In this document: positions 19,910-29,208 of the stretch, one piece after another
Numbering within the stretch: position 1 is the first letter of the stretch
Layout of the letters: each line of letters starts with the position of its first letter
Assembly: GCA_036479435.1 (NCBI GenBank)
Contig: JAZGFI010000099.1
Coordinates: forward strand, 1 to 64,000
Length of the DNA stretch: 64,000 nucleotides
Origin: Planctomycetota bacterium
GTDB taxonomy: Bacteria; Planctomycetota; GCA-002687715; DRQF01
Direction: 5' to 3'
Notes under the pieces: model-generated
Told to the model about the DNA's origin: nothing
What the model saw: the letters and a program-made list of their open reading frames with translations, nothing else
Databases searched by the model: none
Program-made: the position numbers and the translations under genes

Positions 19910-19938
19910 ATATCGACCGAAGATCAGCAAATTCGTGA
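19910..19938 (-). promoter_or_regulatory. Candidate sigma28-type promoter
   Basis: Minus strand TCACG-N16-GTCGATAT, 28 nt upstream of the GT2-TPR GTG start; same spacing as the 4891-4920 motif. Confidence 0.4.
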
Positions 19939-19996
19939 ATGAAAACCCAAGATGGGGCAAGTTAGCCTTGCAAGCATCGAAAGGCGGGGCCTGAAT

Positions 19997-21550
19997 TCAG
20001 AGGAATTTGTGGCCGTGGATGTCTTCGAATCGTCGCTCCCATTCGGCGACCTCGCCCTGCCATCGCCCGCAAGACTTCGAATAGATCTGAAACAGACGGA
20101 AAGAATCCGGAAAGTACTCTTTCTTCATGAATTGGGCGGGAGAGGGCTTTTTCCGGCCGGATTGCTTGGTTTTTGTAATCGGGTGCGCAATCAAACGCCG
20201 TAAAGCCAACAGGATCTGTTTCAGTCGATAGAGCTCACGTCGAGGAATTTGGAGGCGCATGGAGAGCGGGCGCAATTGATCCTCGGCGACCACTGAGAGG
20301 TCCAGTGCCGCCGCGCCACGCCCGCGGGGCAAAGGCCCCTGGTGCTGCAAGCTGCGGTCAAACATGTGGCAAAAAAGAACGCCGAGTTTAGTGATAGAGC
20401 TGACGTCTCGTCCCTCTCGCTCAAGTCGGTCCAAGGCTTTTAGGCCCGACCAAAAAGCTCGCGAGGGGCTAATGACCTGGCCATCAATTTCAAAGTCCTC
20501 GGACTCGACGAGGTCATAGATCTCGGGCAGCAAGACATCGAGCAAGCGTGTGTCGTAGAGCACTTCGAAAGCACCTTCGGCCCCGCCCCGACCGAGCAGC
20601 CGTTGGACCTCCTCGTAGAGTCGCGGCGGCGCGCACTTTCGCAAGTCTTCGCGAACCTCGCGGATGCCGTCAAACAAGTCATCAGCGAGCTCAAAATCGA
20701 GCCGTCCCGCGAACTTCGCCGCGCGCAACATGCGAACGGGGTCTTCGCGTAGCCGCGTCTCGGGATCGCCGATAATCTCGATCCGCCTTCGCCGCAGGTC
20801 TTTCATCCCCCCCACGAAATCAATGACCTCGTGGTTCTCGGCGTCGTAGAACAGGGCGTTAATCGTGAAGTCTCTTCTTTGCGCATCTTCATCGGCGCGA
20901 CCGAAAACATTGTCGCGGCGAATCAGAAGATCTTCGCCTTCTACTTTCGGAGCGATGCTACGAAAAGTCGACACCTCCAGGATGTGGTGGCCAAAGTGAA
21001 TGTGAACTAGGCGAAAGCGCCGGCCAATGATCCGACTGTTGCTGAACAAACGCTTGATCTGCCGCGGCGTCGCTGAGGTCGCGATATCGAAGTCTTTCGG
21101 CTTCAAGCCGCAGAGCAAATCTCGCACACAGCCGCCCACCATGTAGGCCTGGAAACCGTAGCGATTCAATCGACTCACGACCTTGATGGCGTCATCGTCG
21201 ATGTCTTCCAAATTGAGACCGTGGTCTCGGTAAATCTTGGCGCCGACCTCGACCGGATCGACGTTCCGCTCGTGCCCGTCCTCGAGGGCATCGGTCGCCG
21301 CAACGTCTTCGGGCACCGGACGACTGCGACGACGCCGGCGACGCGGGTGACCGTCCCATGAATCGCGATGAGACCGGCGCCGCGACGGGTCGCGAGAACG
21401 GTCATGGGGGGAATTGGGGTTCGCTTCGTTACTTGAAGTCAAAAGTGGGCTCGGTCCGTCTGCGGTGGAGTTGAGTCGAGACGAGTTCAGTGGGGATCTT
21501 ACGGCCGCAGCCAGAAACTCGCTACACGAAGAGCGCAGCGGGCGCATCAA
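19997..21550 (-). CDS. pcnB: Poly(A) polymerase I (true start probably downstream of 21550)
   Basis: VGGCVRDLL.G..PKDFDIAT, IIGRRFRLVH (PcnB signature), RRDFTINAL, EDPVRMLRA; Arg-rich N-terminal extension. Confidence 0.92.
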   Translation of the reverse strand: MMRPLRSSCSEFLAAAVRSPLNSSRLNSTADGPSPLLTSSNEANPNSPHDRSRDPSRRRSHRDSWDGHPRRRRRRSRPVPEDVAATDALEDGHERNVDPVEVGAKIYRDHGLNLEDIDDDAIKVVSRLNRYGFQAYMVGGCVRDLLCGLKPKDFDIATSATPRQIKRLFSNSRIIGRRFRLVHIHFGHHILEVSTFRSIAPKVEGEDLLIRRDNVFGRADEDAQRRDFTINALFYDAENHEVIDFVGGMKDLRRRRIEIIGDPETRLREDPVRMLRAAKFAGRLDFELADDLFDGIREVREDLRKCAPPRLYEEVQRLLGRGGAEGAFEVLYDTRLLDVLLPEIYDLVESEDFEIDGQVISPSRAFWSGLKALDRLEREGRDVSSITKLGVLFCHMFDRSLQHQGPLPRGRGAAALDLSVVAEDQLRPLSMRLQIPRRELYRLKQILLALRRLIAHPITKTKQSGRKKPSPAQFMKKEYFPDSFRLFQIYSKSCGRWQGEVAEWERRFEDIHGHKFL

Positions 21551-21563
21551 AAAGTGCTGATCG

Positions 21564-21902
21564 CTAGACGGAGTCTTCGCCGAGGATGTCGCGGATGGCC
21601 TCGGTGATGAGAGGATCGTCCCACTCTTCCCGAGCGGGCACGTAGCCCTCTATGCCTTCGACGTAGGGGCAATCGGCGGGGAAAATCCCCATCTTTAGGC
21701 CCTTGTCGACGGTGGCGCAGCCGGGCTCGGCCTCGAAGCGGTTCTCGTAAACTTCGCACTCCATCGTGGTCTGGTCGAGAAAACGGCAGTACTTCTTCGA
21801 GATGTAGATGGTGCCGTCGATTTCGACTTTTTCGGTGCAGCATTTGCCGCACTTGGTGCAAAGGGCCTCCCATACTTCGATCGCTAGCTTTTTGGGATTC
21901 AT
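21564..21902 (-). CDS. YcgN/YkgJ-like cysteine-cluster protein
   Basis: WEALCTKCGKCC, CRFLD...CEVYENRF...GC, P.DCPY. Confidence 0.85.
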   Translation of the reverse strand: MNPKKLAIEVWEALCTKCGKCCTEKVEIDGTIYISKKYCRFLDQTTMECEVYENRFEAEPGCATVDKGLKMGIFPADCPYVEGIEGYVPAREEWDDPLITEAIRDILGEDSV

Positions 21903-22663
21903 CGTTTTTGTGCCCGAAGCGCCGTGGTCGGAACCCAGCGCGCGATCCGAAAGTCCTCGGTCTTGAGGTCCTTACGCGCAATGACCTGGAACGATAGGGC
22001 CCCGTAGTCGATGCGTTCTATCCGACGAGCTTGGCTTACCCACAGCCGCAGGCGTTCTCCTCCTCTCGAGCGCTTGGTTTCAAAGCGCCAATACATCTCC
22101 TTCGAGCCCGGCGCACGGCGAACTTTGTCGACGAGCTCCAGTCTCGCGGGGAGTGCTCCTCCACCATCAGAGAGAGCCGCGCGGGTTTCCGTCCAAGCGC
22201 TGAGGGCACGCTTGAGGGCACGCAAGGCCAATGGTGAGAGAGGGTCCGTTGTCATTTGAGAGTCGAGCGAATCGTGGTGATGCACCGCGTCCTCGCCTGA
22301 AAAAAAACTCCAAGTTTCATCGCCCGTGCAACCAAGATGAAAACTGTGGGGACGCTCACCGAGGAGTCCATCCATCGCGAATTGGTAGTGAAAACACCCC
22401 CCTGAGCCCACAATCAGCTCTTGTCGAGGCATCACTTTGGCGGCGGCACTCCGCAGAGAGTTGGTCAACAGGGACTCGGTGGCCTCAAGATCCAAACGCA
22501 ATTCGTAAACGCTGTCTCCCAGGGACTCGTGGGCTTGGGAGAGGATGCCACTAACGTCTTCGCCCTTGCCGTTCTCCGTTATCAGCCAAATCCAAATCCC
22601 ACCGCCGAGGGCGAGACCGAAAAGAGCCAAGGGCAAGATCGAGCGTCTGGTGTGCGGGGACAT
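21899..22663 (-). CDS. Hypothetical membrane-anchored protein
   Basis: N-terminal TM helix; 4-nt overlap with the downstream gene. Confidence 0.65.
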   Translation of the reverse strand: MSPHTRRSILPLALFGLALGGGIWIWLITENGKGEDVSGILSQAHESLGDSVYELRLDLEATESLLTNSLRSAAAKVMPRQELIVGSGGCFHYQFAMDGLLGERPHSFHLGCTGDETWSFFSGEDAVHHHDSLDSQMTTDPLSPLALRALKRALSAWTETRAALSDGGGALPARLELVDKVRRAPGSKEMYWRFETKRSRGGERLRLWVSQARRIERIDYGALSFQVIARKDLKTEDFRIARWVPTTALRAQKR

Positions 22664-22732
22664 GAGGGGAGGATAGCAGACGTCGAGAGAAATCGCGCGC
22701 GAGCGGGGAGGCGATGGCTTCCGCCGAGGCGC

Positions 22733-23182
22733 CTAGGCCCCTTGCCCGTAGCGCCAAGAGCGTTCGTCTCGCGATAAGTCCTCGGCTGCACCCGAGTAAA
22801 GCAGTCCGTTGAACGCCATCGAGGGGCCGCCCTGACAGTTGTCCAGGCAATCGATGCGCTCGATGCCATGGCCGGAGTGAAGGCGCGGCAAGATGAACTC
22901 ATGTAGCTCCGAGGCACCACGACCACGGCAGCTCAGACCCTCACAGAGCTGGAGATCGCCCGATTCACTGGGAGTCAGCAGACCGGCGACAAAAAGGTCG
23001 AGCTTCGCCACCGCTTCGGCCTTGCGACCAAAAGAGAGCGCGATCATTTCAAAGTGGTGAGCGTCCAACGAAAGACCGGCGCTTCGGGCGCGGCACAAGG
23101 TCTTCAGAACGGGAAAACTCAAAGTCTGAGCCGCAACGTCGGCAATCAAGGATTGCAGTTGCTGCTCATGTGCGTCCGGCAC
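22733..23182 (-). CDS. Thioredoxin-like [2Fe-2S] ferredoxin domain protein (NuoE C-terminal-like)
   Basis: LCEGLSC..RGA ... CLDNCQGGP.M.FNG four-Cys pattern; GTG start at 23182 with GGAGG RBS. Confidence 0.7.
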   Translation of the reverse strand: MPDAHEQQLQSLIADVAAQTLSFPVLKTLCRARSAGLSLDAHHFEMIALSFGRKAEAVAKLDLFVAGLLTPSESGDLQLCEGLSCRGRGASELHEFILPRLHSGHGIERIDCLDNCQGGPSMAFNGLLYSGAAEDLSRDERSWRYGQGA

Positions 23183-23402
23183 CCGGTTCCTCCGCAAATG
23201 GGTCGTTGTTCCCAAGCGGCCGGACCTCGACCACCACTTAATAGCGAGTGGACCGCCCGCAATAAGACCATCTGACCAAGTCAGCAGCACCGGACGGTTG
23301 CTATGACAAATTATACTTCAGCAAAGTGACGGTCAATGGGGGCTCTCCCCAACGGCGGCAAGCCGCGAGTCGAGCTTCCTTGGGCGCTCTAAGATGGGGA
23401 AC

Positions 23403-23912
23403 CTATTTGAAGAGGTCATCCAAACTGGCACGTCCAGTGTCTTCGAAGTCGCCCCCGAGTTCCAAATCGGGCGCTTCGCGTCCCGCGCTCCGGTCAAAGA
23501 CATCCTGCAGTTTCTTCACGCACTCCTGCGTGTAGAGCCGAATCATGCCAAGCTGAGTCTGATCGTCAAAAATCACCGTCAAGATCGTACGGTCACCGAC
23601 GAGCGTCAACTGAATGTTGTCGCGCTGCCCCTGGTGAAACATCACCGAGAACTCAGCCTCGCCCAAAAGCCTTGCCATCTCCTTGGTCGCGGCAAAAGAC
23701 CCGGCGACGAGCGCAGAGAGGGAATCGGAGTCGAAGCCATTGGCGGCTCCTTCTCGCGTCACGAGGTGGCCTTCTTTGTCGATCAAGAGCGCACACTTGG
23801 CTCCCGAGAGAGTCATGAGTTCGCGAAGCAAGACGAGAATCTGTTCGATGTCTTCCCGGTAGAAGACGAGTCGGTTCTGACGTAGTCGATCTGTATCGTT
23901 CATTTTACTCAT
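23403..23912 (-). CDS. mglB: MglB-like roadblock/LC7 protein
   Basis: AKCALLIDKEGHLV, SLSALVAGSFAATKEMARLLGEAEFSVMFHQG, IFDDQTQLGMIRL - MglB family pattern; adjacent to mglA. Confidence 0.88.
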   Translation of the reverse strand: MSKMNDTDRLRQNRLVFYREDIEQILVLLRELMTLSGAKCALLIDKEGHLVTREGAANGFDSDSLSALVAGSFAATKEMARLLGEAEFSVMFHQGQRDNIQLTLVGDRTILTVIFDDQTQLGMIRLYTQECVKKLQDVFDRSAGREAPDLELGGDFEDTGRASLDDLFK

Positions 23913-23920
23913 GCCTTCGA

Positions 23921-24955
23921 TCAACTGAGGAGAAACACCCATGCTGCGGCGCCTGCTGCGCACACGGCAAAGGTTGAAAGGACTGCGACCGTCGGAAACG
24001 GTGCGCGCTGCTTGGCGCGCCGGCCGCCGGAAACGACCATCATGGGCTGCGGAGCCCCAGAGCTCATCGGAGCCGACGACCGCGGTTGCCGCAACGAAGG
24101 CTTGACCGCCTGTGACACCTTCGTGCTGGTGGGGGCAATCGGACTCGGCGCGGTCGGCGACTGAGACCTCAGGTCGGTGTCAAAAGACACAGCACCAAGC
24201 GGCGTCTTGCTGGAGTTCGGAACCACCTCTTGCGCACCGGTAGTACGGTGGGAGCTAAGCCCACCCTGGAGGCGTTCTTGATCCGTTTTGGCGCGCCGGT
24301 GTTCCATCGGCGTCCGCACCGCGGCGGCGTTTCGATGCGCCTTCACATCGGGCTTCGTGGCACTCTCTGTCGACATGGCCTTGACCCGCTCCAGCAGCAT
24401 TGCGGCGGCTTTCTTCAGAGTCTCGGTCACGCCTTCCCCACTCGAAGCAACCCCTTCGAAAAACGGCGCTCCGAACTTGTTGAGTTGAGCGTTCATTTCA
24501 TCGACGGTGTAGATGTCTTCGAGGTCACGTTTGTTGTATTGGATGACGTGAGGCATCTCTTCGAGTGAACGACCCTGCTCAACAAGGCATTCCGCCAAGT
24601 TCTCTAGGGACTCGATGTTTTCTTCCATCTTCGAGCGCTGAGAATCGGCGATGAAGATGACCGCATCAGCACCTCGCAACACAAGCTTGCGAGTTGAGTT
24701 GTAGTAGACCTGCCCCGGCACAGTGTAGAGCTGGAACTTGACTTTCATCCCGCTCACTTCACCGAGATCGAGAGGCATGAAGTCGAAGAACAGGGTGCGG
24801 TCGGACTCCGTTGCGATTGACGTCAACTCGCCTCGGCTGTCCTGATCCGCTTTTTGGTGCACCACCTCGAGATTCGTTGTCTTCCCGCCAAGACCGCATC
24901 CAAAGTAGACGATCTTGCAGTTGATCTCGCGGAGGGCCAAGTTCAGCTGAACCAT
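23921..24955 (-). CDS. mglA: MglA-family small GTPase with low-complexity linker and C-terminal TM tail
   Basis: REINCKIVYFG.GL.GKTTN, DRTLFFDF, LYTVPGQVYY, QYNKRD; ATG at 24955 with AAGGAG RBS; ends TVAVLSTFAVCAAGAAAWVFLLS. Confidence 0.92.
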   Translation of the reverse strand: MVQLNLALREINCKIVYFGCGLGGKTTNLEVVHQKADQDSRGELTSIATESDRTLFFDFMPLDLGEVSGMKVKFQLYTVPGQVYYNSTRKLVLRGADAVIFIADSQRSKMEENIESLENLAECLVEQGRSLEEMPHVIQYNKRDLEDIYTVDEMNAQLNKFGAPFFEGVASSGEGVTETLKKAAAMLLERVKAMSTESATKPDVKAHRNAAAVRTPMEHRRAKTDQERLQGGLSSHRTTGAQEVVPNSSKTPLGAVSFDTDLRSQSPTAPSPIAPTSTKVSQAVKPSLRQPRSSAPMSSGAPQPMMVVSGGRRAKQRAPFPTVAVLSTFAVCAAGAAAWVFLLS

Positions 24956-25016
24956 TAGGGTTCTCCTTTGTGAGGCCATTGGCCCCGATTCCGGCGGGTC
25001 TCGCCGGATAAACACG

Positions 25017-25370
25017 TCAGGCCGACATTTGCCCCAAGGCACGAATGCGTTTCGCAGCACTCGCGATCTCCAAGACGGTCAAGTCAATCCTGATGAACTG
25101 GTTCGTGACGACGACGAGAAGACAATTGTCGAGGTTTTCAATCACGATCTTGCCGCGGCTCGCCTTCAAGATCATGCGATCCAAGCTCTCAAACTCACCG
25201 GCCTTAAGCAGGGCCAAAGTCTGAGTCACCATGTTGCCGAGGTAAGCTGCCGTCGTGTCTTCGTCGAGTTCGTTGGAGAGCTCGCTGATAACGACAATGC
25301 CGTCAGGGGTGACGACCAGGCTGCCTTTGATTCCAGCAATTGAGTTGAGATGTTGCAGGACTTCACGCAT
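25017..25370 (-). CDS. Roadblock/LC7 domain protein
   Basis: L..LNSIAGIKGSLVVTPDGIVV ... ASRGKIVI ... LVVVT pattern; ATG at 25370 overlaps the upstream stop region. Confidence 0.85.
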   Translation of the reverse strand: MREVLQHLNSIAGIKGSLVVTPDGIVVISELSNELDEDTTAAYLGNMVTQTLALLKAGEFESLDRMILKASRGKIVIENLDNCLLVVVTNQFIRIDLTVLEIASAAKRIRALGQMSA

Positions 25371-26484
25371 CGACTGGCTCCTCCTCATCAAGGCGCAAGC
25401 AAGAGGCGACGAAGCTGACACATTCAGCAGAAATGAGATCGGCGCGCTTGGGTTCGTCTGATTCGATGACCAAGACCATCGAGCCAACGCTGTAGAATTG
25501 GAGAATGCGATCGCCGGCGGTAATCCGACTTGATTCGAAGGCGCCGATACCCATTCTCTTCGAGCTCAAAGAGGCCATCCGGGGGTACTCGCGTGCGATC
25601 CGGCAGAGTGAATCGTCTTGGTCGTTCGCGAGTTCTTTGCACTTGCCATTCTCCGCGACCAAGGTCAGCCCACGGTCAACCAGCACCGCGCGGTTCACGC
25701 CATGCATGTCGCTGAGCCGCATCAGCCCCTGACTGGCCTCTGCCCGTTTCTCATCGCTAAGTTCGACTTGCTGAGCCCCCAAGCCATCGTCAACGCCCTC
25801 TTCGACTTTGCGCAACAAGGTCGCGACGTCTTCGCTCTCAAGGGCTTGGCCGGCCAAGTGGTTGTAGAGTTCAAGCGCTTCTTCTTGGTCGGGCTCAATG
25901 TCGAGGGCGCGGTACACATGAAAAAGCGCCTTCGAGGTCGCACCAATGTTGTGGTGCAGCTGGGCCATCGCGAGATGAGCGACGAAGCTCTTATCGTTGG
26001 CCTCAAGAGATCGCGACGCCAGAGCGATGCCGCGCTTGGCGTCACTCGCCACTTGATCCCGATAAAACCGTTCGAAGAGGATTTGCGCCTGTAGCAGCAG
26101 CGCGTCGGGAGCCTCGCCTTCTTGGCGATGAAGCTCTTCCAAGACGACGAGCGCCTCGTCGGCCACATCACATTCGATGTGAATCTTGGCGAGCTTGAGG
26201 AAATCCTCACGGTCGCCGTTGGTCCGGCAACGCTTGCGCAATTCTTCACATTCGGCGGATTTGAGTTGGCGGAACGCGTGGCGGAGGATTCGCCTCAGCT
26301 CTTGACTGTGAGGGAAGCGGTCCAGCCCTTCTTGGGCAGATTCGGCGGCTTTTTCGACCTCGCCTTGGCTCAGTAGAGTCCGGCAAAGCTCAAGATAAGT
26401 CCCTGGCCGCGAATCCAATTGGCCCCGCTTCCGAAGTCGACTGACCTCCGCCTGATTCCGAAACGACTTGAAGAGGCTCAACAT
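25363..26484 (-). CDS. TPR-repeat protein with a C-terminal roadblock-like domain
   Basis: TPR-like helices (A...AQEGLDRFP, ALFHVYRALDIEPD), then L.RLSDMHGVNRAVLVD ... SKRMGIGAFE roadblock-like segment. Confidence 0.75.
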   Translation of the reverse strand: MLSLFKSFRNQAEVSRLRKRGQLDSRPGTYLELCRTLLSQGEVEKAAESAQEGLDRFPHSQELRRILRHAFRQLKSAECEELRKRCRTNGDREDFLKLAKIHIECDVADEALVVLEELHRQEGEAPDALLLQAQILFERFYRDQVASDAKRGIALASRSLEANDKSFVAHLAMAQLHHNIGATSKALFHVYRALDIEPDQEEALELYNHLAGQALESEDVATLLRKVEEGVDDGLGAQQVELSDEKRAEASQGLMRLSDMHGVNRAVLVDRGLTLVAENGKCKELANDQDDSLCRIAREYPRMASLSSKRMGIGAFESSRITAGDRILQFYSVGSMVLVIESDEPKRADLISAECVSFVASCLRLDEEEPVDA

Positions 26485-26685
26485 CGACACCAACTCCCTT
26501 CGATCGCCCTCACCCGAGAGGACGTCATCGACTTCCCTTATCGGACTCCTGTCTGGCTACCTGAAAACGAACCGGGTGAATCTAAATCCAAACCCAGCTC
26601 ACGCTGCGGGCCGCCGCCGGCACGATCTGGCGAATGAGGGAGCACATCGGGGTTTCTTTGGGGCTGGCGGGTGGTCGGCGAGGGC

Positions 26686-26724
26686 AAAAAAAGAGCGATG
26701 CCGCGAGAAGGAGCGCGGCATCGC
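26686..26724 (-). terminator. Rho-independent terminator-like hairpin
   Basis: Minus strand GCGATGCCGCG-8nt-CGCGGCATCGC followed by TCTTTTTTT; perfect 11-bp stem. Confidence 0.7.
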
Positions 26725-27324
26725 ATGTCTGCCTAATCAAACTGAGAAAGTGGAAGTTATGGCTTAGGTAGACATCCTCCCTGAGGAGATGGAGAATTCG
26801 GTATCCCTGAAAAAAATGCTGCTGTGAACTCCATACGTCGCGTTTGCTGCCATGTTAGGACTCGGGCTCATCGTGCGGAATTGCTGGCAGCCCACACTTT
26901 CACCGGGTTTTGCGGCACAAGCGATTGTCTTTGGACGAAATGCGCGTGTCTAGGGCCGTCATCGGCGGCGCGCGTGCGCACGTTCACCTGGGGGGAGGGG
27001 GGCCAAGTCCTGGGCCGTAATCGGCGCGAATTTCCCGACGAACCACATCGTAACCGAAACGCTTGGAGCCTTGCCAGGGAATTCGGGAAAGCCCCAACTC
27101 TTCAAATTTGCGTTTGGCGACCCAATTCGGCTCAGAACTGCCGATTGGAGCGAGACGCCCCGGTGGCTGGAGGACGGAACTGCCCTTCGGTCGATTTCGG
27201 CGACGAGGCGCGATAAGCTGGTCCACCTGAGAGGTCGCAGGCTTTGCGAATGCCGATAGACGAGATCTCAGGTTAAACCATGCGATGGAGCGATGGATCT
27301 ATGTCCCAGGGGACCTTAGGGAAT

Positions 27325-29202
27325 ATGTGCAACCGAAACCGGCGGCTCTTCAGGGCCTTTTTCGCCCTGATGCTACTTGCAGTCCTTGGCACGACTGGCG
27401 TCGCCCAGGCCCGGGGAAACCCCGGCAAACAGGGTGAACCCGCCTATCGCCGCATTCGACAACCACTCGATCCCAACGAAGTAGTGGGGAGTTGGCAGGT
27501 GGGGGCGGTCCAGCACACTTTGACGGCCAAAGAATACTACGACGAGCATGTCAGGCTCGCGAAAATGAAGGGCTCGGTCCAAAGAGCGGTTTCCAAACGC
27601 CAGGTGTGGGAGCACATCTTGCTGCAAAGCGAAGCCGACGGCTATGGAATCGTGGTGACCGACGCTGAGGTCGACGCGAAATTGGCCAAGGATGATCCCG
27701 ACATCCACGAGGGTCTCCTTCTTCGCTGGAAGAACCAAAAAATCAGCGAGGCCGAAGGCAGCGCTTACACCAAAGCCAAGCTCAAGATTCGCAAGCTGAA
27801 GGACATGGTCCTCAATTCGACCCGAGTGACGACGCAAGACGCCTTCGACCAATTCAAGACCGAACGACTGCTCTACCAGTTCGAGTACCTACGCTTCGCC
27901 GCCGAGGACTACAACGATCTGGTGGATATGGACAAAGTCGATGACCTTGCCCTTCGAACCTATTGGACCGACAACCGCATGATCCAGGCGCAATACCGCC
28001 GACCGGCTTCGGTGTCTGCAGAGTTCGTCTATCTCGATCCGTCCGCCATCACCGTTGCCGACGCCAAGAAAATGGCACCCAACAAAGAAGTCACGCGCGG
28101 CGAAGCCCTCAAGTACTTCTGGCAGAACCGCGCCGTCTTGATGCGCTCTTTTCCGCCGGATAAGCGTCATCTTTTGAAACTTGACGAAAACACGCCGCTC
28201 GACAAGATCGTGAGCCCCTTTTCGATTCTTGAAGAGACGATCAAAAAGAAGCTCTTGGTGGCGGAACTCTTAGATCGGGCCTACGCCGAAGCCAAAGCGG
28301 CTGGCGGACCCCACGACCTCGCTACGATCGCCGCCAAGTACAAACTCGGTTACAAAAAAGTCGCCAAGATGCCGCGTTCAAAGTCTGTCGCGGAACTCCG
28401 ACGATTTGGATTCAACATTTTCAACACGCTCAACGCCGCCGAAGAAAAGGCCTATTCGGCCAAGGTTTTAGCCGAAGGGCCGATCACCTACTTCTTCTTC
28501 CTCCACGCCAAGGCACAAAGCTCACTTCCCAAGTTCGACGAAATCAAGACCGAGCTTCGTGGCAAGTACCAATCGATGCAAACGACCAGCATCGCTCGCG
28601 ACCGCGCCCGCAAGGCCATGAGCGACCTAAACCTCGCAGTTAAGGAAGAACTTGCTTCCTTGAAAAAAGAGCTTGAGGCGCAAGCAGCGATCGACGCGGA
28701 GAACCGCGCCAATGAGCTGGGACTCACCAAGCCTCAGGATCGCCGTCGCGAAACCGTGCACGCGCAAACCAAAGCCCGCCGCAAACTCGAAGAGGAAAAG
28801 CGCAAGGTCTTGCCCAAGCACTTTCGCGCCTGGGTCAAAGAGGCGAATCTAAAACTCCACAAGACCCCGTACTTCAAATTCGAAGCACAACGCCGTGACC
28901 GGACCGGCATGGCCGATGTCGAAGAGAGTCGCTTGCTTTTTTTGAGAAGCAGCTACTACGTCCGTTCGCTGTCGACGGGAGACGTCACGGCGATCTTGCT
29001 CGAAGATCCCAGGACTCAGTCCTTCTTCATTGGACAACTCATTGACAAAAAAGACCCCGAACTTTCGACCATGGCTCCAATCGATTTGATGGAGGCGCGC
29101 GCGCGCCTGGCCCAACTCGAAGGAAGTCGATTCGGACGCCGCTGGCGCTACCCGGACACGGAACGCCGCTTGGCTCTCAAAGTTCGCGGATACGGGAGAT
29201 AA
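27325..29202 (+). CDS. Exported SurA/PpiD-like chaperone-type protein (tentative)
   Basis: Signal peptide; LL.SEA..YGI.VTDAEVD and VT..DA...F / EYLRF segments resembling SurA-N/PpiD; next to a cyclophilin gene. Confidence 0.55.
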   Translation: MCNRNRRLFRAFFALMLLAVLGTTGVAQARGNPGKQGEPAYRRIRQPLDPNEVVGSWQVGAVQHTLTAKEYYDEHVRLAKMKGSVQRAVSKRQVWEHILLQSEADGYGIVVTDAEVDAKLAKDDPDIHEGLLLRWKNQKISEAEGSAYTKAKLKIRKLKDMVLNSTRVTTQDAFDQFKTERLLYQFEYLRFAAEDYNDLVDMDKVDDLALRTYWTDNRMIQAQYRRPASVSAEFVYLDPSAITVADAKKMAPNKEVTRGEALKYFWQNRAVLMRSFPPDKRHLLKLDENTPLDKIVSPFSILEETIKKKLLVAELLDRAYAEAKAAGGPHDLATIAAKYKLGYKKVAKMPRSKSVAELRRFGFNIFNTLNAAEEKAYSAKVLAEGPITYFFFLHAKAQSSLPKFDEIKTELRGKYQSMQTTSIARDRARKAMSDLNLAVKEELASLKKELEAQAAIDAENRANELGLTKPQDRRRETVHAQTKARRKLEEEKRKVLPKHFRAWVKEANLKLHKTPYFKFEAQRRDRTGMADVEESRLLFLRSSYYVRSLSTGDVTAILLEDPRTQSFFIGQLIDKKDPELSTMAPIDLMEARARLAQLEGSRFGRRWRYPDTERRLALKVRGYGR

Positions 29203-29208
29203 TTAGAC

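Noticed and set aside
24956..25060. N-terminal extensions given by the ORF track for MglA and several other genes
   Set aside because: Downstream starts with clear RBS or family-typical N-termini fit better, and the extensions overlap neighbouring genes.
26468..27259. Short ORFs listed in the intergenic gap
   Set aside because: No motifs or RBS, and several overlap in conflicting frames; treated as non-coding apart from the hairpin cluster.
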